Below, piece after piece: positions 44,199 to 54,121 of a stretch of 58,987 nt of DNA. The notes beneath the pieces were generated by a model. That model worked only from the letters and a program-made list of their open reading frames with translations, made no database searches and was not told the origin of the DNA. Both the position numbers and the translations under genes were made by a program. Each line of letters begins with the position of its first letter. Within the stretch, counting starts at the first letter, position 1. The stretch is taken from IMG/VR virus record IMGVR_UViG_3300013126_000003, positions 1 through 58,987 of that record; one strand, written 5' to 3'. Source of the stretch: a virus. Its lineage: Duplodnaviria > Caudoviricetes.

Positions 44199-45152
44199 AT
44201 GATAAATTCAGTCAGAAACACTGTACTCTCTGTTCTCAACAAAAATAACTACGGCTACATTTCACCTGCTGATTTTAATCTGTATGCCAAGCAAGCACAG
44301 CTAGAGATATTTGAAGAATACTTCAGCAACTACAACAAGGTTGTTGCCATGGAGAATCTACGCAGAGCAGGCACCGACTATGCTGACTTGGGTCAGGCAT
44401 TGGCTGAAACAATGGAGCACTTCTTATCTTCTAATCTTTTAGTAAAGTCATCTTCAAATAACTTTCTTGCCCCATCCGTTACTACAACAGGAGATGAGGC
44501 GTATATGGTTAGTCGCATCTTGCTATATCCTGACGTTATTTTTAACTCAGCTACCACCTCGTTTTTGTTAAACAATCTAGTTGATGCGACTGCCGACTTT
44601 ATTACGCTAGGTGTTAAAGAAGGAGATGTTGTTTCAAACGCTGTCACTAATCAAGCGGCTACCGTTGTGTCTGTTGTGAGCGCTACTACGCTTCAAATCA
44701 GTGGTAGTATCTTTCCGTCGCCCGGCACTAGCTATTATGTCATATCGTCATCAAATGTAAAAGACATTGAGAGGGTTAGCTCAGGTAAAATTACCATGCT
44801 GAACAACTCAATGCTTACGCAGCCATCCTTATTATTCCCTGCTTACACCTTGCAAAACACTGCGTATATGGTTTACCCGACCACGGTAAATAAACCGGGG
44901 CAGGTAAGAGCTGTGTATTTTAGATATCCTAAAGACCCTAAGTGGACATACGTTACGTTGCTTGGCGGTGAGCCATCGTTCGATCAATCGCAACCTGATT
45001 ACCAAGACTTTGAATTGCCAACAGCAGATGAGTTCAAAATCATCATGAAGATATTGCAGTACTGCGGAATTTCTATTCGTGAAAATCAAGTTGTTGAATT
45101 TGCTATGGCTCAAGAACAACGAGAACAACCTACATTTAGCCAACAACAATAA
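44199..45152 (+). CDS. Head-tail adaptor/ring protein
   Basis: LNKNNYGYISPADFNLYAKQAQLEIF...YFRYPKDPKW...DFELP; fits the position. Confidence 0.7.
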   Translation: MINSVRNTVLSVLNKNNYGYISPADFNLYAKQAQLEIFEEYFSNYNKVVAMENLRRAGTDYADLGQALAETMEHFLSSNLLVKSSSNNFLAPSVTTTGDEAYMVSRILLYPDVIFNSATTSFLLNNLVDATADFITLGVKEGDVVSNAVTNQAATVVSVVSATTLQISGSIFPSPGTSYYVISSSNVKDIERVSSGKITMLNNSMLTQPSLLFPAYTLQNTAYMVYPTTVNKPGQVRAVYFRYPKDPKWTYVTLLGGEPSFDQSQPDYQDFELPTADEFKIIMKILQYCGISIRENQVVEFAMAQEQREQPTFSQQQ

Positions 45153-45158
45153 TAGACC

Positions 45159-46082
45159 ATGGCATATATCTCAGACTATCAATACTACACCAATAATGGT
45201 AATGCTCCTCAAGATGCTAATTGGGGGTCGTACCAATATGTAAGCCTGTTTGATATTGTCAACAACTTCATGTTGATGTACTCAGGCAATCACTCTCTTG
45301 TAAACAACGAGGAGCGATATAAAGTTTTGTTCCACGCTAAGCGAGCTATTCAAGAGCTGAACTATGACGCGTTCAAAGAAATCAAAGTGCTAGAGCTAAA
45401 TGTTTGTGATGAGTTAAGATTCATCCTTCCTTCTAACTACGTCAATTGGGTGCGCATCTCGCTATTCAAAGATGGGTGGCTAAGACCGCTTACCGAGAAT
45501 ATTCAAACCATCTCGTCAAACGCGTACTTACAGGACAATAACTGCGAGATTTTGTTCGATCAGGATGGTAACATCCTAAAGCCTGAGCACTCAAACATTG
45601 ACACAGAGAGATTGGCAGGAACTAAGAAGAGTATTTACCTAAACCCCGGTAGCCCATTTAACGGGCAAGAAGGTTGGTTTATAAATGGCAATTGGTATTT
45701 CAACTACTCATTTGGTAGCAGGTTCGGATTGGAAACTGAAACTGCAAACGCCAACCCCACATTCAACATAGATAAGAGAGCGGGAGTAATAAACTTCTCC
45801 TCTGACATGGCGGGAGAAATCTGTATTCTTGAATACATATCCGACGGGATGGAGGGCGGAGACGACTCTTTGATTACAGTAAACAAGTTGTTTGAGAAAT
45901 ATGTTTACGCGTACATTCAGTCTGAGATACTGAGCAGTAAGCTCGGTGTTCAGGAGTATATTGTAGCGAGAGCTAGAAAAGAAAAGACTGCGTTATTGCG
46001 TAACGCTAAAATCAGAATGAGTAATATTCATCCCGGTCGTTTGCTAATGAATCTCCGTGGTATGGACAAGTGGATAAAATAA
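45159..46082 (+). CDS. Tail ring/structural protein
   Basis: FHAKRAIQELNYD, LPSNYVNWVRIS, ILEYISDG. Confidence 0.7.
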   Translation: MAYISDYQYYTNNGNAPQDANWGSYQYVSLFDIVNNFMLMYSGNHSLVNNEERYKVLFHAKRAIQELNYDAFKEIKVLELNVCDELRFILPSNYVNWVRISLFKDGWLRPLTENIQTISSNAYLQDNNCEILFDQDGNILKPEHSNIDTERLAGTKKSIYLNPGSPFNGQEGWFINGNWYFNYSFGSRFGLETETANANPTFNIDKRAGVINFSSDMAGEICILEYISDGMEGGDDSLITVNKLFEKYVYAYIQSEILSSKLGVQEYIVARARKEKTALLRNAKIRMSNIHPGRLLMNLRGMDKWIK

Positions 46083-46083
46083 T

Positions 46084-49000
46084 ATGGCAAACCTTACAAG
46101 AAACTTCGTAGCGGGCAAGATGAACAAGACGTATGATGAGCGTGTTGTTCCGCCCGGTGAGTACATTGATGCGCTCAATATTCGTATGGGGTCTACAGAG
46201 AAATCAGAAGTAGGTGCTATTGAGAATACCATGGGTAACTTGCCACTTACTACCCTCATGTATAATGGCACTCCATTAAGCAGCAATGCTCGCTGTATCG
46301 GCGCGTATGAAGATGGGGCTAATGAGACTATCTATTGGTTTGTACACGACCCAAACTTTCCTATAGGGCCCACGGGGAAAATTGACTTGATTGTATCAGT
46401 GAATGTGCTCACATCAACATTGACTTATCATGTGATAAGCATTGACAACACATTCGGTATCAACACCACGCTAAACTTTAACCCTACATATTTAATTACA
46501 GGAGTCAACAAGGTAGACAACTTGCTGTTCTTTACCGACGACTACAACCCGCCACGGGTTATCAATGTGACTAGGTCTTACCCGCCGCCTGATGGATCGT
46601 TCGTCGATTACAATGGAGACCCTGCTATGCTTGCAGAAACCATACAGGTTATCAAAGAGCCTCCATACAGAGCCCCTACCGTGATTCCATATCTCATTCC
46701 CGGTGAGGAGCAGTTCATGGTAGATAGGTTCATCTCATTTGCATACCGATATCGCTATGCCGACAATGAGTACTCGGCTACATCTCAGTGGTCTGATATT
46801 GCTTTCGTGCCTAAGCCGTTTGATTTCAACACAGACTCGTACCTCAATGAGGGGATGACCAACATGTTCAATGCAGCAACCATTGAGTACAATACCGGTG
46901 GTGCGCTAGTAGTCGGCATCGACTTGCTTTTCAAGGAGGCTAACAGCAATGTCATTAAGGTTATCGAGAAATTAGACAAGGCTGCACTTGGTATACCTGA
47001 TGGATCTATCGGTACCTATCAGTTTTCAAACAGCAAGATATTCACCATACTTCCTCAGTCTGAGATACTTAGGCTGTACGACAACGTACCCCGTTTTGCC
47101 AAGGCGCAAACCGTTATGGGGAACAGGCTTATGTATGGTAACTATGTTGAGGGCTACAACTTAATTGACGACAACGGGAACCCGACTCGATTCACTTACT
47201 ACACAGAGCTTATCTCAGAGGAAATCGGCAACACTATGCTCACTTCAGAAACTGATAGTGCATACTACGATTTTAGAGGGCTACCAAATAGCATTGCCAA
47301 TGGTTCTGTTAGGATTTACCTGACAGACGTGGACTTAACAGAAGGAGGCATATTGAGTATCAACCTAACCATCAATCATTCTACGTTTGATGGTGACACC
47401 CCATTCCCTTCTGAGACTACTCAGAATGTAGAGTTGTCGTTTTCGTTCTACCTCAATCAGTCATATGCCTCGGTGTATGAATTGGTGACAAGCACTGAGT
47501 TTGTAAACGCAGTAGGTATCACCACTAACATCAAACCTATTTATCTTCCCGGGCCCGGCGACACGTCGTGCCAAGGAAGTACTTGGACCGACATATTTAA
47601 CTGCGCGATACCTAACAACTTGAACACATTGTTCAAATACATGAGCGGTATCACGGGGTGGCTTAATCAGCCCATCACTATTTACTGCGCGCCGGGCGAT
47701 GACTTCTTCACCATGCAGTTACCTGCCATGCTATTCATAGACGCTTACCCTGCAACTACTATTCAAACGGTTGAGTATTATGAGATAACAAATACCGAGG
47801 CGGCTTTTCAGCAGATAGCAAACTCACGCAGTCTTCATAGTAATCGAGGATACGAGATTGGTATTGTGTATATGGATCAATACGGTAGGTCAAGCACAGC
47901 TCTTGTTAGTCCCAACAACACGGTCGCCGTACCTTGTGACTACTCACCAAACAAGAACTCTATTCGAGTTACTATTCCGACATCTCAAGTGGCTCCCTAT
48001 TGGGCTACTCATTATAAGTTTGTCATCAAAGCAGACGAGGAGAATTATGATACCATTTTCTCAAACATCTACTTCCAAGACCCTGAGACTAATGCCACGT
48101 ACTTTTTGATTGAAGGAGAGAATCCTCGCAAGGTAAACGTGGGTGACCGACTAATTGTCAAAGCTGATAGTAATGGACCTAGAGAAGATTGCGCGTATGC
48201 AACTGTGCTTGAGAAAGAAGCTAAGCAAGAAAACTTTATAATTATACCGAGTTCATTTGTTCCTGCCGGAACGTATTTGAAAATCAACGCAAATAACTTC
48301 TCTGCAATAAATGACTCAACATCTATTATTGCCCCCGACAAAAGAGAAGCGTGCGTTGGTAGAACTCAGGTTGCGGACTACCCTGTTCTTAGATACCCTA
48401 TGAATATCTACACCGGGACAGGCTATGTTGATTACGATGTTCCTGCGGGTAGTCGTATTAAAATGACGGTTAAGCAAACAAGAAAAGGAATGTTTGGCGG
48501 CGGCGGAAATTGCGAAAGAAGAACATACACTCTTGAGAAGGAGTTTATATCTTCAGCTAACTATGCCAACATGAAAGATTGGTGGGATGGGGACAGCATC
48601 GCGCTTAGCTTGAATAGCGGAACGCCTGATGTTGGAGACCCTGACGCCTGTCCGGTAAACAATGTGTACATCCCCACACTAGCCTCGTCGTACTCTGCTG
48701 TTCCTACAGACTTGTGTACCAACTACTATCAGTTCTGTAGAATATCATCAAGTAATGAATTGGTTTTACTCATCACCGGTACAAAAAAATGTACAGGTGT
48801 AGGGAAAGATAACAAGAAGAGGTCTTGTGTTGAAGCAAACTTCGTGGTAATCAGAGCGGAGAATACCATCGTATTCGAGACTGAACCTACCGACACGTTG
48901 CCTGATGTTTTCTTTGAAAACAACCTGTCTTTCTCTACGCCTAACGGAAATCACTATGGTAACGCGCAAGACCAAGATATTGCTCTTGGTGTACCTGCTA

Positions 49001-50727
49001 TTGTAGATACAGGGTTCTTCAACTGCTTTGCGTTTGGTAACGGAGTAGAGAGTTATAAGGTAAGGGATTCAATCCTTGGCCGATCGTTTAACCTAGGTGA
49101 GCGCGTGACCACCGTTGCCGCTCAAGACTACAAAGAAGCCGACCGATTTGCGGACATGACCTACAGCGGTGTGTACAACGACGAGAGCAACGTCAACAAG
49201 TTGAACGAGTTCAACATGGGCTTGCTTAACTTCAAGCCACTAGAAGACTCGTTTGGTCCTATTCAAATCTTGGACGCGAGACAGACCGATGTGCTCGTTA
49301 TTCAAGAGGATAAGATATCTTATGTCCTCGCGGGAAAGAACTTGCTTTCTGACTCATCAGGCGGCGGCACACTGACGTCTATCCCCGAGGTTCTTGGAAC
49401 GCAGATAGCAAGAGTTGAGAAATACGGAATCAGCTACAACCCTGAGAGTTATGTTCAGTGGGGGTATGACAGGTTTTTCACCGACTCTAAGCGAGGTGCT
49501 GTTATTCAATTGAGAGGGGGGGAGACAGATCAAGGTCAGCTCAAGGTAATATCTGACTCGGGTATGCGCACTTGGTTTAGAGATTTGTTTAACGAATCAT
49601 CTCAAACTCAAAAGCTAGGTGGCTTCGACCCATACTCAAACGAGTATGTATTGTCGTCAAATGAAGAACCAATCCCGTCTATCGAGACTTGTCTAAACTG
49701 CGGGATTACGCAGACATTCACCGTGGAAGCATCGAAGGGTGATAAGCGTAGTTACTGCGTGGACTTAGGCTTTGCTGTTGGTGACGTTGTTATTACATAC
49801 AACATTATCAGCATTGCACCCGGAGGTAAGATTAAGGTTACTTATGATTACAACGGGGGCACAGCATCTACCGGTTGGGTTAGTGCATCAGGATCTATCA
49901 CGTTTGACAAGAACACTAACGCTGTTAACTCAGCCGATATTGAGGTGCTAATAGACTCGCAAGCTATTGTTGAGGTTACAGTTAGTTGCCCTCAAACTAC
50001 ACGACTTACCGTTATAGAGGTTGTTCTTACAAATGATTTTGAATCAGGACAAACCATACACGCAGAGTATAACTACACAGACTCTCCATATGTGTCCCCT
50101 GTTCAGTCAAGCCTTGTTACTTTTGCAACCGGAACTGCAAACCCTCTTGTCTCAAGATACAACGTAACGGTTGGGAATCAAGGAACGGCAGGCATCCCGA
50201 CAGACGGAAGCACAATAAGAATTGCCACAAACAAAATGAGTGGTGACACATTTAACTTTGACCCGTCATACGACTCATTTAAGTACACTCGAACAAACAT
50301 CCTTTATCCTAATACTCCGGTAGGTATAGCGTCTTTACTTGCGACCACATCCCTTGCTGTTCCTATTATCGGTGGCGGTGGCTCGTACAATTACGCAGAC
50401 TTTAGCGCAGGAGGTGCTGCTGATTACCTGTATCTTGTTTGGGATTTTAGAAACTCAACACCGGTTGACCTTTGTTACGATGACAGATCTATTGACAACG
50501 TGTGTTGCGACTGCTCTACATGTGTAGACCCTTGCTCAACATGGAGAGCTTATGCTTTCTCAGACATGGTAATCGGATACTACAACTGCACAACAAATGT
50601 TTATTCTACCGCGACCGTGCTTAGCGGGATTGATACTACATTTTGTGCACGCAGTTGGTACAACCCTACCATTGTGAGCGGAGAAGGAAGTTTAGAATTA
50701 CTTCAAGAATGCGGATGCGGACTTTAA
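46084..50727 (+). CDS. Tail stabilisation/muzzle protein (P22 gp10-like), N-terminal part with a Cys-rich extension
   Basis: GKMNK..DERVVPPGEYIDALN, LLFFTDDYNPPRVIN, GNRLMYGNY, YGISYNPES, FFTDSKRGAVIQL. Confidence 0.8.
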   Translation: MANLTRNFVAGKMNKTYDERVVPPGEYIDALNIRMGSTEKSEVGAIENTMGNLPLTTLMYNGTPLSSNARCIGAYEDGANETIYWFVHDPNFPIGPTGKIDLIVSVNVLTSTLTYHVISIDNTFGINTTLNFNPTYLITGVNKVDNLLFFTDDYNPPRVINVTRSYPPPDGSFVDYNGDPAMLAETIQVIKEPPYRAPTVIPYLIPGEEQFMVDRFISFAYRYRYADNEYSATSQWSDIAFVPKPFDFNTDSYLNEGMTNMFNAATIEYNTGGALVVGIDLLFKEANSNVIKVIEKLDKAALGIPDGSIGTYQFSNSKIFTILPQSEILRLYDNVPRFAKAQTVMGNRLMYGNYVEGYNLIDDNGNPTRFTYYTELISEEIGNTMLTSETDSAYYDFRGLPNSIANGSVRIYLTDVDLTEGGILSINLTINHSTFDGDTPFPSETTQNVELSFSFYLNQSYASVYELVTSTEFVNAVGITTNIKPIYLPGPGDTSCQGSTWTDIFNCAIPNNLNTLFKYMSGITGWLNQPITIYCAPGDDFFTMQLPAMLFIDAYPATTIQTVEYYEITNTEAAFQQIANSRSLHSNRGYEIGIVYMDQYGRSSTALVSPNNTVAVPCDYSPNKNSIRVTIPTSQVAPYWATHYKFVIKADEENYDTIFSNIYFQDPETNATYFLIEGENPRKVNVGDRLIVKADSNGPREDCAYATVLEKEAKQENFIIIPSSFVPAGTYLKINANNFSAINDSTSIIAPDKREACVGRTQVADYPVLRYPMNIYTGTGYVDYDVPAGSRIKMTVKQTRKGMFGGGGNCERRTYTLEKEFISSANYANMKDWWDGDSIALSLNSGTPDVGDPDACPVNNVYIPTLASSYSAVPTDLCTNYYQFCRISSSNELVLLITGTKKCTGVGKDNKKRSCVEANFVVIRAENTIVFETEPTDTLPDVFFENNLSFSTPNGNHYGNAQDQDIALGVPAIVDTGFFNCFAFGNGVESYKVRDSILGRSFNLGERVTTVAAQDYKEADRFADMTYSGVYNDESNVNKLNEFNMGLLNFKPLEDSFGPIQILDARQTDVLVIQEDKISYVLAGKNLLSDSSGGGTLTSIPEVLGTQIARVEKYGISYNPESYVQWGYDRFFTDSKRGAVIQLRGGETDQGQLKVISDSGMRTWFRDLFNESSQTQKLGGFDPYSNEYVLSSNEEPIPSIETCLNCGITQTFTVEASKGDKRSYCVDLGFAVGDVVITYNIISIAPGGKIKVTYDYNGGTASTGWVSASGSITFDKNTNAVNSADIEVLIDSQAIVEVTVSCPQTTRLTVIEVVLTNDFESGQTIHAEYNYTDSPYVSPVQSSLVTFATGTANPLVSRYNVTVGNQGTAGIPTDGSTIRIATNKMSGDTFNFDPSYDSFKYTRTNILYPNTPVGIASLLATTSLAVPIIGGGGSYNYADFSAGGAADYLYLVWDFRNSTPVDLCYDDRSIDNVCCDCSTCVDPCSTWRAYAFSDMVIGYYNCTTNVYSTATVLSGIDTTFCARSWYNPTIVSGEGSLELLQECGCGL

Positions 50728-50737
50728 TTAAACAACT

Positions 50738-52033
50738 ATGCCATACTATATAAACGCCCCTACACTTAGTGCAGCTACAGCAATCTACTCAAACCCTGAG
50801 ATGACCATATGTGCGCCTGACGGATATTACGCCGACGGGCCCGTTGTTCGTCAACAGGTTGGATGTATACTTTTACCCGCGCGAGAATGCCCGTTTTGCG
50901 GAGCGGCGTGCGGATGTTCTTTCTCAGGGCCTGTTAATGAAGGCGTGTACTATTTCAGTGTAGACTTAGGGTCGGCAACAGGGCCTGTTCAAATCATTTT
51001 CGACCCATTGGATTTTCCTAATGGCATCGAGGCTGTTTATGATAGCACTTATTACAACACGGTGGTGTCTCCGTTTTTCGGCCCGCTAACCGGAGTTGCG
51101 GGGTTCCCTACATTTATTGGCCTCGACACAGAAGACTGCGGTATTGTTGGAACCCACACGCTACCTGAGTTTGAGTATAGAACCGCTGACACATCATTCC
51201 ACAATTTAGGAACAACAGATGTTATTAATGTCACCGCATCTCAGCTTCAGCTAACTTGGGCAGCACCGGGAACATGCACCATGATTATCCCGAAGCCAAA
51301 CGCTAGCCCAACCAATCTGTTGGTAAGGGTAATAACCACATGCCCTAAAGATTCTTTTGACATATCAATCTTGTGTCCGGGCGATGTTACCGTTTATCCG
51401 ATCACCGCTAGTGGCGAAGGCGGCCCCGGTGATTTGATATGTGGATACCCCGCCGACTACTCTACCTATTATGTGATACCTGTTAATGGGGACGGAACCA
51501 CATTCGGTCTTTATGACTTTGTGTATCAAGATGCTGCATGCTCTATACCCGCCGTCGACAATTACTATCTGTCTGCATTCTGCCCATCCCCATACAAGTG
51601 GTTTAGAATAGAGAATGGAATTATTGTTGAGTTTGGCGACTGCGATGCTACTTACAACTATGACGTCTTGCAATGCGGTAATCCCGCGTTAGGAACATTT
51701 ACCGTACTTAGTCCATTCCTTTTAACACTTGGAAACCTAGTATCATTAGCAGGCCCTTCATACACAGGATGCAAGTTCCAAGTTATATCTACAACAGAAG
51801 GAACTCCTGTAGCTGTGGTTACTGCGCAATACACTGAGACTTGCAGTGATGTATGCGCGTACTACAAAGTGTACAACTATCAATCTACTCCTCAGCTTGC
51901 AAGTTATGCTGACTGCGCGGGCGCGCCTCAGTCTATCACAATACCTGTGCATAGTTTCGCGTATATTTGCGCTCGGGTGGGTTCTATATCAGGCAAGGTA
52001 GAGCCTGTATTTCATAGCTGTCAATGTGAATAA
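50738..52033 (+). CDS. Cys-rich tail-associated protein
   Basis: 431 aa, APDGYY motif, more than 20 Cys. Confidence 0.7.
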   Translation: MPYYINAPTLSAATAIYSNPEMTICAPDGYYADGPVVRQQVGCILLPARECPFCGAACGCSFSGPVNEGVYYFSVDLGSATGPVQIIFDPLDFPNGIEAVYDSTYYNTVVSPFFGPLTGVAGFPTFIGLDTEDCGIVGTHTLPEFEYRTADTSFHNLGTTDVINVTASQLQLTWAAPGTCTMIIPKPNASPTNLLVRVITTCPKDSFDISILCPGDVTVYPITASGEGGPGDLICGYPADYSTYYVIPVNGDGTTFGLYDFVYQDAACSIPAVDNYYLSAFCPSPYKWFRIENGIIVEFGDCDATYNYDVLQCGNPALGTFTVLSPFLLTLGNLVSLAGPSYTGCKFQVISTTEGTPVAVVTAQYTETCSDVCAYYKVYNYQSTPQLASYADCAGAPQSITIPVHSFAYICARVGSISGKVEPVFHSCQCE

Positions 52034-52035
52034 TT

Positions 52036-52836
52036 ATGTCGATATACACACTAACATATAGCGATCAAGTAGACGGATGGGTTTCGTTCTACTCTTATGA
52101 GCCTGATTGGATGATTGGGATGAACAACTATTTCTACACTTTTAAGAGTGGCAACTTGTATAGACACAACGTCAACCCAATTAGAAATACGTTTTACGGA
52201 GAGACTTACACGTCTAAAGTAAAGTCTGTGTTTAATGACCTGCCACTCGAGAACAAGCTCTTCAAGACTATGAATATTGAGGGCGATGACGCTTGGCAGG
52301 CTGATATGTATACTGATATCCAAACATCAGGGTTTATTGATTACAGTTGGTTCGAGAAAAAGGAGCAGTCATACTACGCCTTTGTAAGAAATCTAGGCGC
52401 TACACCTGCAGATGTAAGTGAGTATGCCCTACGATCCCTTAACGGAATAGGTAGAAGCTACGACGTGTCAGGCCCTGTCGCTGCAACTGAGATATCTTTC
52501 TCCATCAATCCACTCATCGCCATTGGAAGTATCGTAAGTGTTGGTGATTACTTGTACTACTCACTCCCTCCATACGATGCGCCTGTGTACTGCGGACAGA
52601 TAGTGGCTATCAATCAGAACTACCCTTTAGGTCTTAATGATATCGTGGTTGATACGACCGTCACCGGAGGAGGAACTCCGCCAATATTGGACGCATATTT
52701 CTTGTACATAAAAAACACTGAGGCGGAGTCACATGGCTTGCTTGGTCACTATTGCGTGTTTGAACTTACCAACACAAATCAGAACAAGGTTGAGCTTTTT
52801 GCAGCTGAATCAGAAGTGATGAAAAGTTTCCCTTAA
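52036..52836 (+). CDS. Tail protein resembling the C-terminal part of a stabilisation/muzzle protein
   Basis: TLTYS...GWVSFYSYEPDWM...YTFKSGNLYRHN, NKLFKTM, LLGHYC. Confidence 0.7.
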   Translation: MSIYTLTYSDQVDGWVSFYSYEPDWMIGMNNYFYTFKSGNLYRHNVNPIRNTFYGETYTSKVKSVFNDLPLENKLFKTMNIEGDDAWQADMYTDIQTSGFIDYSWFEKKEQSYYAFVRNLGATPADVSEYALRSLNGIGRSYDVSGPVAATEISFSINPLIAIGSIVSVGDYLYYSLPPYDAPVYCGQIVAINQNYPLGLNDIVVDTTVTGGGTPPILDAYFLYIKNTEAESHGLLGHYCVFELTNTNQNKVELFAAESEVMKSFP

Positions 52837-52841
52837 TTTCA

Positions 52842-52849
52842 TATCTTTG
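52842..52849 (+). promoter_or_regulatory. Bacteroidota -7 element, probably leaderless
   Basis: TATCTTTG 5 nt before ATG 52855. Confidence 0.6.
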
Positions 52850-52854
52850 TAGGG

Positions 52855-53262
52855 ATGTTTACCATACGCCCTCTCAATGAGTCAGACTATGACAACACCC
52901 TTGTTAAATGGTGGGAAGATTGGGGGTGGGTAGCACCTATGAAAGATATGCTACCTCAAGATGGATTAGGTGGTGTCATTGTATACGATGAAGAAGAGCC
53001 TGTATGCGCGGGCTTTTTGTATATGACAAACTCTAGGATGGCTTGGGTTGAATGGGTGATATCAAGTAAAAGCTACAGAAAGAAACCCCACAGACGTGAG
53101 GCTATTGTGCTCCTTGTAAAAACTCTAACGGATATCGCTAAAGACAACGGAGCCACTTTCGCTTATACGGTGATAAAGAACAAGTCACTCTCTTCTATCT
53201 ATGAACAGGTGGGGTACATCGACGGTGACGACAATATAAAAGAAATGATTAAAAGATTATAA
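52855..53262 (+). CDS. GNAT-fold acetyltransferase-like protein
   Basis: FTIRPL, AWVEWVISSKSYR, IYEQVGY; sits just before the ejection proteins. Confidence 0.7.
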   Translation: MFTIRPLNESDYDNTLVKWWEDWGWVAPMKDMLPQDGLGGVIVYDEEEPVCAGFLYMTNSRMAWVEWVISSKSYRKKPHRREAIVLLVKTLTDIAKDNGATFAYTVIKNKSLSSIYEQVGYIDGDDNIKEMIKRL

Positions 53263-53264
53263 CC

Positions 53265-54110
53265 ATGCCCGCATTTACCACGATAGCAGCAGCAGCAGGA
53301 TTAGCTGCAACAGCAGCAACAACCGCAGGGTCATTTACTCAAGCGAAAAGACAAAGAGATGCTATGCTCAAGGCTCAGGCTGAGGCTGACAAAGCCATGA
53401 CTGAGGCGCGCAATAAACTGAACGTAAATTTCTACGAAGCTCTATCAATCCCTAAAGAGGGCTACGCTCAGCAAGTGCAGGCCAACTTGGTTGCAGGTGC
53501 TCAAGCATTAGAGGCGGGACGTGAGGGTGAGAACCGAGGCGCCACCGCATTGGCAGGACTTGTTCAGGCTCAACAGAATGAGGCTCAGAATAAAATCCGC
53601 GCAGAGATGGGTCAAGATATCTACAATCTTCAAGCGGCTACTGCTCAAGAAGACTCACGCCTTCGTGACATTGGTATTCAATTAGACCTTGGTCAGGTTG
53701 AGGGAGCTCAGCTTGCCGCTGCAAATGCTCAAGAGCTTAGTGCTCAAGCGCTGCAACAAGGCATGCAAGGAGTTACAAGTCTTGCCGGACAAGCCGCTTC
53801 AATGGCTCCGTTGTTTGATAAAAATGCATTAAGACAAAATGAGGCGTTAAACACGCAATACGATCAAGCAAAAGCAGCTTCTGAAAACCAACAATCCCCA
53901 TTAGGAAAAGCGGTGTTAGATTGGGCAGGGGTTCCTGCTAGCGAAATGGGTAGCTATCAACAAGAGTTGGCCAAGATAGGCACCTTTAATGGGGTAGATT
54001 TTTCAGGTGTCGGTAAAATGAAGCCTGAAGAGTTTAATAAGTTTATGATGGAATTAGACCCAAGGACATTAAGGCAGTTGAAAAACCAAGATATTTTTGG
54101 CCTTAAATAA
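53265..54110 (+). CDS. Internal virion/ejection protein
   Basis: Ala/Gly-rich hydrophobic N-terminus and Ala/Gln-rich helical body. Confidence 0.7.
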   Translation: MPAFTTIAAAAGLAATAATTAGSFTQAKRQRDAMLKAQAEADKAMTEARNKLNVNFYEALSIPKEGYAQQVQANLVAGAQALEAGREGENRGATALAGLVQAQQNEAQNKIRAEMGQDIYNLQAATAQEDSRLRDIGIQLDLGQVEGAQLAAANAQELSAQALQQGMQGVTSLAGQAASMAPLFDKNALRQNEALNTQYDQAKAASENQQSPLGKAVLDWAGVPASEMGSYQQELAKIGTFNGVDFSGVGKMKPEEFNKFMMELDPRTLRQLKNQDIFGLK

Positions 54111-54121
54111 AAACCGAAGAC

